Positions 55,745 through 64,000 of a stretch of 64,000 bases of DNA are shown here, one piece after another. The stretch is taken from positions 2,323 to 66,322 of the forward strand of contig JAJRRL010000003.1 of NCBI GenBank assembly GCA_024279495.1, read 5' to 3'. Each line of letters opens with the position of its first letter. The stretch's first letter is position 1. The DNA comes from Gammaproteobacteria bacterium. Lineage in GTDB: Bacteria > Pseudomonadota > Gammaproteobacteria > JAJRRL01. The notes under the pieces were generated by a model. That model ran no database searches. It worked only from the letters and a program-made list of their open reading frames with translations, and was not told the DNA's origin. The position numbers were made by a program, and so were the translations under genes.

Positions 55745-56971
55745 ATGTCTATCAAAGACGAGCACCTAATCGTTGCTCTTGATATCGGGACGAGTAAAGT
55801 AGCAGCGTTTGTTGGCGAGGTAGCACAAGATGGTGGCGTTAATGTCATTGGTATGGGAGTGCAACCATCGCGCGGTTTGAAACGCGGAGTGGTTGTCAAC
55901 ATCGAAGCGACTGTTAAAGCTATCTTACGCGCGGTTGAAGAAGCAGAATTGATGGCAGGTTGCCACATTCACTCTGCTTTTACTGGTATTGCAGGCAGTC
56001 ATATTCATAGCTTGAATTCACATGGCATTGTGGCTGTGCGTGATCGTGAAGTCACCAAGCAAGATGTCGATCGAGTGATTGATGCAGCAAAGGCTGTGGC
56101 TGTTCCAGCAGATCAAAAAATCTTACATGTGTTGCCGCAAGAATATATGATCGATAGCCAAGATGGTGTTCGTGATCCAATCGGCATGTCTGGTGTGCGC
56201 TTGGAAGCAAAAGTGCATATCGTCACAGGAGCCGTGAGTGCAGCACAAAATATTGTGAAATGTGTGGAGCGTTGTAATTTAAAAGTAGGCGATATTGTGC
56301 TTGAGCAATTAGCGTCTAGTTATGCTGTTTTAAGCGATGATGAAAAAGACCTGGGCATTTGCTTGGTTGACATTGGTGGAGGTACCACCGACATTGCTGT
56401 TTTTGTTGACGGCGCTATTCGTCACACAGCTGTCATTCCAATTGCGGGTGACCATGTTAGTTCTGATATCGCGAGTGCTTTGCGTACTTCTATTGCACAT
56501 GCAGAGCGTGTGAAAATGCAATATGGTTCAGCCATGGCAACCATGATTGAGTCAGACGCCATTATTAATGTACCGACTGTTTCTCAAACATCTACACGAG
56601 AAATATCACAACGTGCTTTGTCTCAAGTAATCGAGGCACGCTATGAAGAGCTGTTGTCGTTGGTTAAGCTTGATTTACAGCGCAGCGGCTTCCTTGATGA
56701 CCTTAGTGGAGGCATCGTTTTTACAGGTGGTTCATCGAAAATGGTGGGTTGCATTGAATTAGCAGAGCAGGTAATTGGTTTGCCAGCTCGATTAGGTAAG
56801 CCGACTATGCTTGGTGGTTTGCCTGATGTATTGAATAATCCAGCTTTCTCGACAGGAGCTGGTTTATTGTTGTATGGTCAGCGTAACCAAAAAGGTTTGG
56901 GGACGTTGGAATTGAATAATCCAGCAGGACTGTGGGAACGCATGAAAAGCTGGTTTCAAGGTAATTTTTAA
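55745..56971 (+). CDS. ftsA: Cell division protein FtsA
   Basis: LIVALDIGTSKV actin-like fold. 408 aa. Confidence 0.9.
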   Translation: MSIKDEHLIVALDIGTSKVAAFVGEVAQDGGVNVIGMGVQPSRGLKRGVVVNIEATVKAILRAVEEAELMAGCHIHSAFTGIAGSHIHSLNSHGIVAVRDREVTKQDVDRVIDAAKAVAVPADQKILHVLPQEYMIDSQDGVRDPIGMSGVRLEAKVHIVTGAVSAAQNIVKCVERCNLKVGDIVLEQLASSYAVLSDDEKDLGICLVDIGGGTTDIAVFVDGAIRHTAVIPIAGDHVSSDIASALRTSIAHAERVKMQYGSAMATMIESDAIINVPTVSQTSTREISQRALSQVIEARYEELLSLVKLDLQRSGFLDDLSGGIVFTGGSSKMVGCIELAEQVIGLPARLGKPTMLGGLPDVLNNPAFSTGAGLLLYGQRNQKGLGTLELNNPAGLWERMKSWFQGNF

Positions 56972-56994
56972 CGACTGATAGCAAGGAGATCCGT

Positions 56995-58152
56995 ATGTCT
57001 GATTTTGATAGGGGCCATTCACAAGAAGCAAAAATAACCGTGATTGGTTTAGGTGGTGGTGGTAGTAATGCTGTTGAGCACATGGTTGAACAAGGTATAG
57101 AAGGTGTTGAATTTATTTGCTGCAACACAGATGTTCAGGCCCTTGGTCGATCCAGTGCGGACCAAGTCATTCAAATTGGTGAAGAGTTAACACGTGGCTT
57201 GGGTGCAGGTGCTGATCCCAACATTGGTCGACAAGCTGCTGAAGAGAACCGCGAACGCCTTCGTGAAGTATTAGAAGGTAGCGATATGGTTTTCTTAACT
57301 GCCGGTATGGGTGGTGGCACAGGAACAGGCTCTGCTCCGATTGTTGCTGAAATAGCGAAAGAAATGGGTATTTTAGTTGTTGCGGTAGTGACCAAACCAT
57401 TTGTGTTTGAAGGTCGCAAGCGCATGGATATCGCCGATAAAGGTGTGAAAGCGTTGGTGAATTATGTTGATTCCCTAATCACTATTCCAAATAACAAATT
57501 ATTGAGTGTGTTGGGTAAAAACATCAGTCTGCTTGATGCATTCAAAGCGGCTAATAATGTTCTTTATGGGGCGGTGCAAGGCATTGCTTACCTTATTAAG
57601 CGTACAGGTTTGATTAACGTTGATTTTGCTGACGTTCGAACAGTGATGTCTGAAATGGGCATGGCTATGATGGGTACAGGCGTTGCTCGTGGTGAAAACC
57701 GCGCACGCGAAGCTGCCGAAGCTGCTTTGGCTAGCCCATTACTTGAAGATGTCGATATTAGCGGTGCTAAAGGTGTGTTGGTTAACATCACTGCTGGCCT
57801 TGATATGTCAATTGGTGAGTTTGAAGTGGTTGGTGAATCCATTAAATCCTTTGCTTCAGAATCTGCCACCGTTGTGGTTGGTACCGTTATCGACCCTGAC
57901 ATGACCGACGAACTTCGAGTTACAATTGTTGTGACTGGCTTGGGCCAAGAAGGAAGTGGTTCTGGACAACGCAAATCGATTCAATCATTGCGTCAAGAAG
58001 GTGCTGCAGTCGATTACCGACAGCTAGATCGCCCAACTTACGCACGTAACCGTGAAGTGGCAGAACCTGTCACGGCCGGCGATGATGACGATTACTTCAG
58101 CATTCCAGGATTTTTGAGAAAATCCGATGCTCAGACTCAAAACGAAGAGTAA
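56995..58152 (+). CDS. ftsZ: Cell division GTPase FtsZ
   Basis: GGGTGTG tubulin signature. 385 aa. Confidence 0.95.
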   Translation: MSDFDRGHSQEAKITVIGLGGGGSNAVEHMVEQGIEGVEFICCNTDVQALGRSSADQVIQIGEELTRGLGAGADPNIGRQAAEENRERLREVLEGSDMVFLTAGMGGGTGTGSAPIVAEIAKEMGILVVAVVTKPFVFEGRKRMDIADKGVKALVNYVDSLITIPNNKLLSVLGKNISLLDAFKAANNVLYGAVQGIAYLIKRTGLINVDFADVRTVMSEMGMAMMGTGVARGENRAREAAEAALASPLLEDVDISGAKGVLVNITAGLDMSIGEFEVVGESIKSFASESATVVVGTVIDPDMTDELRVTIVVTGLGQEGSGSGQRKSIQSLRQEGAAVDYRQLDRPTYARNREVAEPVTAGDDDDYFSIPGFLRKSDAQTQNEE

Positions 58153-58276
58153 GCTTCTGTTGCCCGATTAAGTTGTGTTGACCTGCTTTTTCGGGCTTTC
58201 TTGTCTGTTTTTGTGAAATATGTGAGACTGGGTTTGTTTAATAGGCGTAGCCAAATTCACATAGGATCATTTTATT

Positions 58277-59146
58277 ATGACAGATAAGTATCAAGGCACA
58301 GTAAAGTCAGCGATTTCTTTCGACGGCATTGGGGTTCATACGTCTCAATCAGTAACTATGACCATCTACCCAGCCTCTGTGAATACAGGCATTGTGTTTG
58401 TGCGAACAGACTTGCCTGAGTCTCCGCAAGTACCTGCTCACTCAGAATACATTACTCCCGATATCATGTTCTCGACAGCATTGCGCAAAGATGACGTGCT
58501 GATTCGTACCACCGAACATGTGTTGGCCGCTTTGGTGGGTTGCCACATCGACAATGCTTTTATTCACATGAATACGGTGGAGTGCCCTATCATGGATGGC
58601 AGTTCTGTGAGTTTTGTTGCCGGCATTCAAAAAGTAGGTCGTCAGTCTCAAGGTGAGCTTGCTTCAGTGTTGCGAGTAAAAAAGAAAGTGTCTGTGGGAG
58701 ATGAGTCGCGATGGGCTTGTTTGGAACCTGCCGATCAGTTTAAAGCAAGTGTTACCTGCGTGCATGAGCATCCAGCTTTTCAGCCAGCCGAACAAACGGT
58801 CACTTATAATGAAAACACAGACTCGTTTGCCGACACTTTTTTACCTGCCAGGACATTTGGTTTTTTAAAAGATCACGAACGCGCAAAACAAGCAGGGTAT
58901 GCTTTAGGTAGCAGCTTGGAAAACACTATTGTCTTTGATGAGGAAGTGATGGTTAACGAAGAACCCTTACGTTTTCCAGACGAATGTGCTCGGCATAAGT
59001 GTTTGGATGCAGTGGGTGATTTAGCGCTTTTAGGGCATCGTTTGCAAACTTGTTTAAGCAGCTACTGTTCTGGCCATGCTCAGACAGCCGAGTTGATGCG
59101 TGCTTTGTTGTCGGATGAATCGCAGTATGAGATAGAAAACCAATAA
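58277..59146 (+). CDS. lpxC: UDP-3-O-acyl-N-acetylglucosamine deacetylase
   Basis: TTEHVLAAL, PIMDGS and HKCLDAVGDL motifs. 289 aa. Confidence 0.9.
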   Translation: MTDKYQGTVKSAISFDGIGVHTSQSVTMTIYPASVNTGIVFVRTDLPESPQVPAHSEYITPDIMFSTALRKDDVLIRTTEHVLAALVGCHIDNAFIHMNTVECPIMDGSSVSFVAGIQKVGRQSQGELASVLRVKKKVSVGDESRWACLEPADQFKASVTCVHEHPAFQPAEQTVTYNENTDSFADTFLPARTFGFLKDHERAKQAGYALGSSLENTIVFDEEVMVNEEPLRFPDECARHKCLDAVGDLALLGHRLQTCLSSYCSGHAQTAELMRALLSDESQYEIENQ

Positions 59147-59159
59147 AAACCAACAGGTT

Positions 59160-59682
59160 ACAAGAAAGTGCTGGCGCTCCTGGCTGATGCAATTGGGGCA
59201 ATTACGTATTATTTGGTGCAATTAAAATAGCCCTTTACGATGATCGTTTAGAGATTTTTAGTCTCGGCGCTTTTCCAGGTTTGATTGACATTAACAATTT
59301 GGGTGATGGCACAACGTATTTACGTAACCCCCATCTAGCAAAAATAGCAAGACGACTTCATTTGCTTGAAAAGCTTGGAACGGGTATTCGTTTGATTTTC
59401 GATGAGTGCCATAAGAGTGGTTTAAAAAAGACGCGTTATGTTGAAGATGGTGATTACGTGAAATTAATTTTTGAGTTCTCTCGAGATGTTTGCCAATCGG
59501 TAGACTCAGAAGAGAGTGTTTTGAAGTTGTTTGTGATGCATAATGAAGTGAGCGTTTCTGATGTGATGAAGCTCCTTGATGTGTTACGAAATACGGCGAC
59601 AAGAAAGCTCAATGCGTTGATCGCTAAAAATCTTGTTAAGCGCTATGGGAAAGGGCCTTCGGTACGATACATTCGTTCTTAA
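59160..59682 (+). pseudogene. 3' remnant of an AlbA_2 / HATPase_c_4 (RecG-C-terminal-like) putative transcriptional regulator. The 5' part is missing.
   Basis: The in-frame upstream sequence encodes YDDRLEIFSLGAFPGLIDINNLGDGTTYLRNPHLA, typical of this family, but is interrupted by a stop. Only ~170 aa of an expected ~400-500 aa remain. Confidence 0.5.
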
Positions 59683-59823
59683 AAAACCTTATCTCACCAG
59701 AGCCATGTTTACGCGTTGATTTGTGTTCTGATGGAAAATCTGAATCAGTACTCCATATTTCGTGCCAAAATCTGAGTTAGTATTCCATGTTTTAGTTTAA
59801 TCGTATCGGTAGGCATGAACCAA

Positions 59824-60300
59824 CTACCTCCCAGCCAAACGCCGAAGGGCTGCTTTGAGGTCTGGGTGGATAACTGACTCGGCGGTCATGGCAATGATGC
59901 TTTTGGCGCTGTTGGATGGTGGCCTGACTGCTGGCAGAGATCGTTTTGGCGTGCTGGCTTTCATTTGCTCAGGTTTGACTCGAACAACGATCTGGCTCAA
60001 TCCTGCGTATACTCGGTTTCGCCTTAATGCAAAACGAAGGTCAGCGCTTTCTCCACGTAAATGCGTTGCCCAGGTGGCGTTGGATGTGACCAAAGTAAGA
60101 ACACCTTCATTGAAAGAACCTACTCGGCAGTGAGTGCGTAAGTGCTCAGGAAGATGATAGAGCACAGCCTTTTGAGTTTCTTTCAGCGCACCTAGGCTAT
60201 CCATGAGTCGCTGGCAAGGAGCCATAGGTAAATTTTTGGTCACATGAGAGGGGTCTCTGGCTTTATCGAAGGGGATAGGTCTACGTTTTCTACTTTTCAT
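59824..60300 (-). CDS. DUF721 family protein (DciA-like), divergent from secA
   Basis: 158 aa with the typical DUF721 pattern (..FNEGVLTLVTSNATWATHLR...). It lies between lpxC and secA, where DUF721 genes sit in several gammaproteobacteria. Confidence 0.5.
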   Translation of the reverse strand: MKSRKRRPIPFDKARDPSHVTKNLPMAPCQRLMDSLGALKETQKAVLYHLPEHLRTHCRVGSFNEGVLTLVTSNATWATHLRGESADLRFALRRNRVYAGLSQIVVRVKPEQMKASTPKRSLPAVRPPSNSAKSIIAMTAESVIHPDLKAALRRLAGR

Positions 60301-60444
60301 TGTTTAAGGCTCTCATGCCGTGTGCGAAAGGGCTGATAAGGGTGTTTTCACGGTTTGACTTTAGGTCATGGTGTGCAACAATACCCGCTCGGAGGCATCA
60401 TAACAGTATGTCGAGATACACTCTACTTTGAAGAATAAGTCATT

Positions 60445-63144
60445 ATGATCACAGCAGCTATTAAAAAAATTGTCGGCACACGAAACGATCGAATCTTGCG
60501 CCAATACGGTAAAATTGTAAAGCACATTAACGGGCTAGAGCAAGAGTTGAAGACTCTGAGCGACGATGAGCTCAAATCAAAAACAGAGCAGTTCCGTGCT
60601 CGTTTGGCTGAAGGAGCTCTTTTGCAGTCTTTGTTGCCTGAAGCTTTTGCGGTGGTGAGAGAAGCCAGCTGCCGAACATTGGGCATGCGTCACTATGATG
60701 TCCAGTTACTTGGCGCCTTGATTTTAAACGACAGCAAAATTGTTGAGATGCGTACCGGTGAAGGTAAAACCTTAATGTCTACCTTGGCTTGTTATCTCAA
60801 TGCGCTCACAGAGAAGGGCGTTCATCTTATAACAGTCAATGATTATTTGGCCGAGCGTGATGCTAACTGGATGCGTCCTCTCTATGAATTTTTAGGTATG
60901 ACCGTTGGTGTTAATTTATCGGGAATGTCTCACACAGAGAAGCAAGCAGCTTATCAATCGGATATCACTTACGGTACCAACAACGAATTTGGGTTTGATT
61001 ATCTTCGCGACAACATGGTCTACGAGGCCTCGACGCGTGTGCAACGAGACTTGCACTTTGCAGTGATCGATGAGGTCGATTCTATTTTAATCGATGAAGC
61101 TAGAACACCACTTATTATTTCAGGTCAAGCAGAGCAGACTCAAGAAGCGTATCAAGCTGTTTTTGCTTTAATGCCTGAGTTGACTTGGCAGCAGATGACC
61201 GAAGACGATAAAGAAGAAGAGTTGCCTGAAGAAGCCTTAGGTGATTACACCACCGATGAAAAAACTCGCCAAGCTTACCTAACAGAGCGAGGTCATGAAA
61301 AGATTGAGCAGTTGCTGGTGAAAGCAAACATAATGAAAGAAGGTGATAGCCTGTATGAGCTAAAAAACTTATCACTGATGCATGTGGTGAGCGCTTGTTT
61401 ACGTGCCCATTCTCTTTATCAACGAGATGTTCACTATGTTGTGAAAAACAGCGAAATTATGATTGTTGATGAGCACACTGGTCGCTTAATGGAAGGGCGT
61501 CGTTGGTCTGATGGCTTGCATCAAGCAGTCGAAGCAAAAGAGCAAGTGACTGTTCAACTCGAAAATCAAACCTTAGCTTCTATTACTTTCCAAAATTATT
61601 TCCGTCTATATGAAAAATTATCAGGCATGACGGGAACAGCAGATACAGAAGCATTTGAGTTTCAATCTATCTATGCCTTAGAAGTGGTGGTTATTCCAAC
61701 CAATCAACCAACCATCCGGCAAGATAAACCCGATTTAATTTTGCTGACCAAGCAAGCCAAATACCGAGAAGTGCTAAAAGAAATTATCACTCGTCATGAG
61801 AAAGGGCAGCCGCAGTTGGTTGGTACAGCATCTATTGAGGCTTCAGAAGAACTCTCAAAAATGCTAAAAGAAGAAAAAATTCCTCATGAAGTTGTGAATG
61901 CAAAACAGCATGAGAGAGAGGCGCATATTATCGCTCAAGCGGGTAGGTCAAAAGCAGTGACTATTGCTACAAATATGGCTGGTCGAGGAACAGATATTGT
62001 TTTGGGTGGTAATGTTGAAGAAGAAATTGCAGCCTTATCTTCACCGACAGAAGAAGCGATAGAAGAGCTCCGAACAGCTTGGCAGAAGCGTCATAAAGAA
62101 GTTTTGGCTGCTGGTGGTTTGCATGTGTTAGGAACTGATCGGCATGAATCTCGCCGTATCGATAACCAACTTCGAGGACGATCAGGTCGCCAAGGAGATC
62201 CGGGTTCATCGCAATTTTATTTGTCGATGAATGATCATCTGATGCGTATTTTTGCGTCAGAAAAAATGCATAATCTCATGAAGCGTTTGGGTTTCACAGA
62301 AGAAGATGTGATTGATAACAAAATGATTAGCAATCTGATTGAGAAAGCTCAAAGACGAGTAGAGGGCTATAACTTCGATGTTCGTAAAAATCTATTGGAA
62401 TACGATGATGTGGCTAATGATCAACGTCAAGTGATTTACGATCAGCGATCTAAAGTGTTAACCCTAGAGAACCCAACAGACACATTAGAAGGCTTGCGTG
62501 AATCTGTTGTTGCTGATTTGGTTGCTCGCTATATGCCTGAAGACATGAGCGAAGAGATGTGGGATGTCGTTGAACTCAAGCGTTGCTTGCACGATGATTA
62601 CCTTCTCGATTTGTCGATTGACGAGTGGTTGTCTGAAGGCAATCAAATTGATGCTAAAGTGATTGAAGGGCGTATTATTGCGGCCTTGCACGATGCTTAT
62701 AATGCGAAGGTAGTCGATATTTCAACGGAGCGCCGATACCAGCTCGAAAGAGGTGTGTTATTACAAACCTTAGATCAGCATTGGAAAGAGCATTTGGCTG
62801 CGATGGATCATTTGCGACGAGGGATCGATTTGCGAGGCTTTGCTCAAAAAAATCCAGCGCAAGAATACAAGCGTGAGTCTTTTGAATTATTCCAAATGAT
62901 GTTGGAACATTTTAAAGCAGAGGTCATTGGCGTTTTGGCTCGTCTTGAGTTGTCGAATGAGCCAGAGGTGTCTTTCGATCCGCAACCAGAATTGTCGATG
63001 CAGTATACGAGTCATTTTCAGAAATCGGATGGTTCAGGTTCTGGTGACGCAGCATCTGGTATCTCGAAGGTGGGGCGAAATACTCTATGTCCTTGTGGTA
63101 GTAATAAAAAATACAAGCACTGCCACGGTAAATTGGTAGAGTAG
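60445..63144 (+). CDS. secA: Preprotein translocase ATPase SecA
   Basis: Starts MITAAIKKIVGTRNDR. Walker A MRTGEGKT. DEVD. C-terminal zinc finger CPCGSNKKYKHCHG. 899 aa. Confidence 0.95.
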   Translation: MITAAIKKIVGTRNDRILRQYGKIVKHINGLEQELKTLSDDELKSKTEQFRARLAEGALLQSLLPEAFAVVREASCRTLGMRHYDVQLLGALILNDSKIVEMRTGEGKTLMSTLACYLNALTEKGVHLITVNDYLAERDANWMRPLYEFLGMTVGVNLSGMSHTEKQAAYQSDITYGTNNEFGFDYLRDNMVYEASTRVQRDLHFAVIDEVDSILIDEARTPLIISGQAEQTQEAYQAVFALMPELTWQQMTEDDKEEELPEEALGDYTTDEKTRQAYLTERGHEKIEQLLVKANIMKEGDSLYELKNLSLMHVVSACLRAHSLYQRDVHYVVKNSEIMIVDEHTGRLMEGRRWSDGLHQAVEAKEQVTVQLENQTLASITFQNYFRLYEKLSGMTGTADTEAFEFQSIYALEVVVIPTNQPTIRQDKPDLILLTKQAKYREVLKEIITRHEKGQPQLVGTASIEASEELSKMLKEEKIPHEVVNAKQHEREAHIIAQAGRSKAVTIATNMAGRGTDIVLGGNVEEEIAALSSPTEEAIEELRTAWQKRHKEVLAAGGLHVLGTDRHESRRIDNQLRGRSGRQGDPGSSQFYLSMNDHLMRIFASEKMHNLMKRLGFTEEDVIDNKMISNLIEKAQRRVEGYNFDVRKNLLEYDDVANDQRQVIYDQRSKVLTLENPTDTLEGLRESVVADLVARYMPEDMSEEMWDVVELKRCLHDDYLLDLSIDEWLSEGNQIDAKVIEGRIIAALHDAYNAKVVDISTERRYQLERGVLLQTLDQHWKEHLAAMDHLRRGIDLRGFAQKNPAQEYKRESFELFQMMLEHFKAEVIGVLARLELSNEPEVSFDPQPELSMQYTSHFQKSDGSGSGDAASGISKVGRNTLCPCGSNKKYKHCHGKLVE

Positions 63145-63152
63145 TAGGGTGA

Positions 63153-63584
63153 ATGATGAACCAAATGAACGAAGTGCCTTTGTTGGCTGTTGAAGTTGGT
63201 GTTGTGTTTAATGATCAGAAGGAAGTGTTGATTGCGCAACGCTTGCCTGGTGCATCACATGCTGGGTGTTTGGAGTTTCCAGGTGGAAAACGCGAGCCAA
63301 AGGAAGAGGCATACCAAGCCTTAGCGCGAGAGTTGCAAGAAGAAGTTGGCATTGCCATTACAGAAGCGACTCATTTCATGACGCATCCTTACGATGACGG
63401 TGTGACGCGGGTTTCTCTGAGTGTTTGGGTGGTCACGCAATTTGTAGGCGAGCCTCGTGGTTGTGAAGGCCAAACCGTGTTTTGGCAGACTCTAGAAGAC
63501 CTGGATTCCAGTAAGTTTCCACCAGGTAATAAAGCCATTATTGACGCTTTGCTTAAAGCGCCAGTGGCTGTTGGCATGGGCTAG
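63153..63584 (+). CDS. mutT: Nudix hydrolase (8-oxo-dGTP diphosphatase MutT-like)
   Basis: Nudix box GGKREPKEEAYQALARELQEEVGI. Canonical position after secA. Confidence 0.8.
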   Translation: MMNQMNEVPLLAVEVGVVFNDQKEVLIAQRLPGASHAGCLEFPGGKREPKEEAYQALARELQEEVGIAITEATHFMTHPYDDGVTRVSLSVWVVTQFVGEPRGCEGQTVFWQTLEDLDSSKFPPGNKAIIDALLKAPVAVGMG

Positions 63585-63587
63585 GCC

Positions 63588-64000
63588 ATGTATGTGGTCG
63601 CATTAACTGGTCGTATGGGCAGTGGTAAATCCGAAGTATTGTCTTTGTTTTCTTCTTACGGGGTTTCTACTTTTTCTGCCGACTCTTACGTGCATGAGCT
63701 GCTAAAGCCAGGTTCTGCTGTGTATGAAACCATTGCATTGACATACTCAGACTTACTTCGAGACGATAAAAGTATTGATCGTAGCCGCCTGGCAAAACGT
63801 GTTTTTTCTGATGAGGCAGCACTCGATTGGCTAGAATCGCTGATTCATCCATGTGTTCGAGAAGCGGTGACGCAATGGGCAGAAACAGCTGAAGGAGCGT
63901 ATGGCGTGGTTGAAATTCCGTTGCTCACAGAAGATAATAGGTTGGCAGTTATCAAGCGGGTCTGTGTGGTTGATGCATCCGATGACATTTCCCTAAAGCG
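63588..64000 (+). CDS. coaE: Dephospho-CoA kinase, 3'-truncated by the window edge
   Basis: MYVVALTGRMGSGKSEV P-loop. The ORF runs off the end of the window. Confidence 0.8.
   Translation, partial: MYVVALTGRMGSGKSEVLSLFSSYGVSTFSADSYVHELLKPGSAVYETIALTYSDLLRDDKSIDRSRLAKRVFSDEAALDWLESLIHPCVREAVTQWAETAEGAYGVVEIPLLTEDNRLAVIKRVCVVDASDDISLK

Overview
This is a 64-kb chromosomal segment of a moderate-GC gammaproteobacterium. The lineage is my inference, not verified: the gene content, the ankyrin and Fic genes, a eukaryote-type glutamine synthetase and dense MITE-like palindromic repeats point to an intracellular Legionellales (Coxiella-like) organism. The conserved backbone reads 5' to 3': cydB (3' part), cydX, dapB, sodB, ahpC, rnt, a porin-like outer-membrane protein, nth, an rnfB-like ferredoxin, metG, mrp, dcd, metNIQ, rnpB (RNase P RNA), yajQ, the dcw cluster (mraZ-rsmH-ftsL-ftsI ... 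murF-mraY-murD-ftsW-murG-murC-ftsQ-ftsA-ftsZ-lpxC), a DUF721 gene, secA, mutT and coaE (5' part). Three accessory islands interrupt this backbone. (1) A 1098-aa orphan protein sits between cydX and dapB, and its C-terminus overlaps cydX in antisense. (2) Three tandem paralogous genes (20.8-29.0 kb) encode a large, domain-less polytopic membrane protein. Each is preceded by a TTAAx-N6-TTAAx direct repeat like a PmrA box. The triplet lies next to rnpB and is bracketed by MITEs. This is the best candidate for an undescribed system. (3) A ~10.6-kb insertion splits the dcw cluster between ftsI and an inverted murE. It carries candidate effectors (ankyrin, Fic, eukaryote-type GSII, a HAD-like protein, a protein with a C-terminal membrane hairpin), crcB and a lysC-lysA fusion. 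At least eight families of short interspersed repeats occur in nested, mirrored composite arrangements, often abutting gene stops. I found no tRNA, rRNA, CRISPR array, IS element or transposase.
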